The notes beneath the pieces were generated by a model. The model searched no databases. It saw only the letters and a program-made list of their open reading frames with translations, and was not told the origin of the DNA. From Ylistrum balloti (taxonomy: Eukaryota), in the NCBI RefSeq assembly GCF_031769215.1, contig NW_026781955.1, forward strand, positions 1,178,001 to 1,242,000: a stretch of 64,000 nt of DNA, in the 5' to 3' direction. Below, one piece after another: positions 62,192 through 64,000 of this stretch. A program made the position numbers and the translations under genes. Each line of letters opens with the position of its first letter. The stretch's first letter is position 1.

Positions 62192-63100
62192 CAGGAAATG
62201 GGTTCTGGAGCAAAGATGCCGTGCTTAAAAAACCCGAAACTGAAGCGAGGTAAACTGAAATACTAGTTTTTAAGACGGGTACTGAAAATCTGGAATGGCA
62301 TTAAAACTAATATAAGAGGGTTTTTTTTATCCAAAACTTTAGAGATACTTTTCTAAACATGAAAATAGCATGTTATAGGTCTTAAACAAAACGTAAATTG
62401 GCGATATATTCACCCCACTTGCCTTTATTTTGTGACTTCACAAATCACTTTTGATATTATCGGACACAATAAGAACCTTCAGTCAACCAATCACAGCTCA
62501 TACTCGCAAACATACCGAGAACAGGTACCTATATAATAATGATTTACTGCATTTTTGACAATTAAATAAATAAAGAATGCTATTGATATATCTATACCAC
62601 TGTGATCAGCGCAGTTATGATATAGGAATCTGATATACTATGGTGTTAAAATCCTGAAATTTAATTTTGATTATAGTGGTTTAAATATATATGTATATAT
62701 TTTTATTGAACATGTACAACCTAAGACAACGAACTTAGAGATAGGGAGTTTTATATCTAAGTCTTTGCCATGACGCATTTTTAAAGATATTCGCACTCGA
62801 TTCACTCCGTTATCAGTTCATATGCAACCTTGTTTCGAATCACTATACGTCGAATTAATGATAAAAAAAATAACGACAGAGATTCACGCTTCGAGGAGAC
62901 CAGCAGGCTTTGTTACTCACTCCTTAAAACTGATTCAACCCCCTCTGTCATTTCTCACATTTTAGACATTAACAAAAATTGCCAGAAATAGTTCATTGCC
63001 CTTTGTTTCAGTTTTTTTTCTTGTAATAATAATCCGAAGTTGTATGAATGCTCTCACAGGTACATGTATGTCCGAAAAGTTTTTCGTGAATAAATACCCT

Positions 63101-63400
63101 CACTTTTATGGTACTCCACGTTGAGAAAATCCTTTATTTCTAAAGATGTGTCATTAAAAAAAAAATAATATAAGAAAATCTGTTAATGATCCAACGTTCG
63201 ATGTGTTTGATTTACTTCATCCGACTTTAAGCAAATATATGTATTACACTTTTATGGTACTCCACGATGCGACGGGAAAATCCTTTAGTTTTATGTGTCA
63301 TTGAATAGCAAAAAAAAATAATATAAGAAAATCTGTTAATGATCCAACGTTCGATGTGTTTGATTTACTTCATCCGACTTTAAGCAAATATATGTATTAC
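63101..63400. repeat. ~150-bp tandem duplication
   Basis: cacttttatggtactccacg...aatataagaaaatctgttaatgatccaacgttcg...gcaaatatatgtattac is present at 63101 and 63247. Confidence 0.9.
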
Positions 63401-64000
63401 AGCGTGTTTAAGTCGAAAACTAGATGCGACGGGGAGTTACGGTGTTAGTTTTATCATGGTTTACGATCCCGGCATGTGTATTAAGCCAACATGTGAGAAT
63501 TAATTCGCTTGACCAGTCTTTAAAATTCTATGATATAATGACGTCAAAATATTTGTGACGTCATCAACACTTGAACCTAATTCGTTATAGCCAACTTATT
63601 TCCGTATATATGTTTTGTGAGTATTAATTTGTGACAGATGGACCTAAATTTAGACCATTACATTGTTTTCTGGTCAAAGTACATTTGATATCTTCGACAT
63701 AAAGGATTTCGTATGTAATTAACGAAATGAATAATAAAATATAAACGACATTTCCACAGTATGTGAATATCAACAATCATTGGGGTTTATTTTGTCGAAC
63801 AGTGAAATGCGATTCTCATTTTCGTAACAAAAATATAATAATAAATTAGAATAACGAACCATAAAAATTATAATGGTCACACGGAAAAGTTTGGAAATTT
63901 TTAATGCCATGGATTTACAATGACTTTCTTCGATATAGGGTCATATTTCAGTTGTGAATGGCTAAAACACGCGTTTTGTTTTGGGGTTTTATTTACTCTA
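63400..64000. mobile_element. Probable non-autonomous interspersed repeat, related to 1-620
   Basis: GTGAGAATTAAT at ~63492 and paired TGACGTCA at 63539-63564, as in the first 500 bp of the window. Confidence 0.35.

Noticed and set aside
61881-62213. 110-aa ORF ending 4 nt upstream of the LARP6 ATG (possible uORF)
   Set aside because: It starts at TTG, and its internal ATGs lie upstream of or among the promoter motifs (CRE, ETS, CCAAT), so it is probably not in the mRNA. 5' RACE would settle it.

Overview
AT-rich animal genomic DNA. The repeat types suggest a bivalve mollusc, most likely an oyster; this is an inference. The left half (4.2-31.4 kb) holds a tandem cluster of three intact, strongly diverged paralogs of Shiftless (SHFL/C19orf66/RyDEN), the antiviral inhibitor of -1 ribosomal frameshifting. 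I rebuilt all three exon by exon, and they share exon sizes (112/44/132-135/101-104/164 nt) and splice phases. Copy A is on the minus strand, head-to-head with copy B; copy C follows B on the plus strand. Each copy has lost a different conserved motif. All three carry a UBA-like N-terminus and a C-terminal LxxIxE-type motif. IRF/ISRE-type elements lie near the first coding exons of A and B, and four unrelated minisatellites sit in the cluster. The right half holds a gene for a secreted ~820-aa Cys-free disordered protein (-), PHAX (+, 5 exons), a stand-alone YqaJ/lambda-exonuclease-family gene (-, 2 coding exons) and an intronless LARP6 (-). Oyster-type interspersed repeats, tRNA-derived SINE remnants and one assembly gap are also present. 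Exon coordinates were read by hand and may be off by a few bases. No database search was run.
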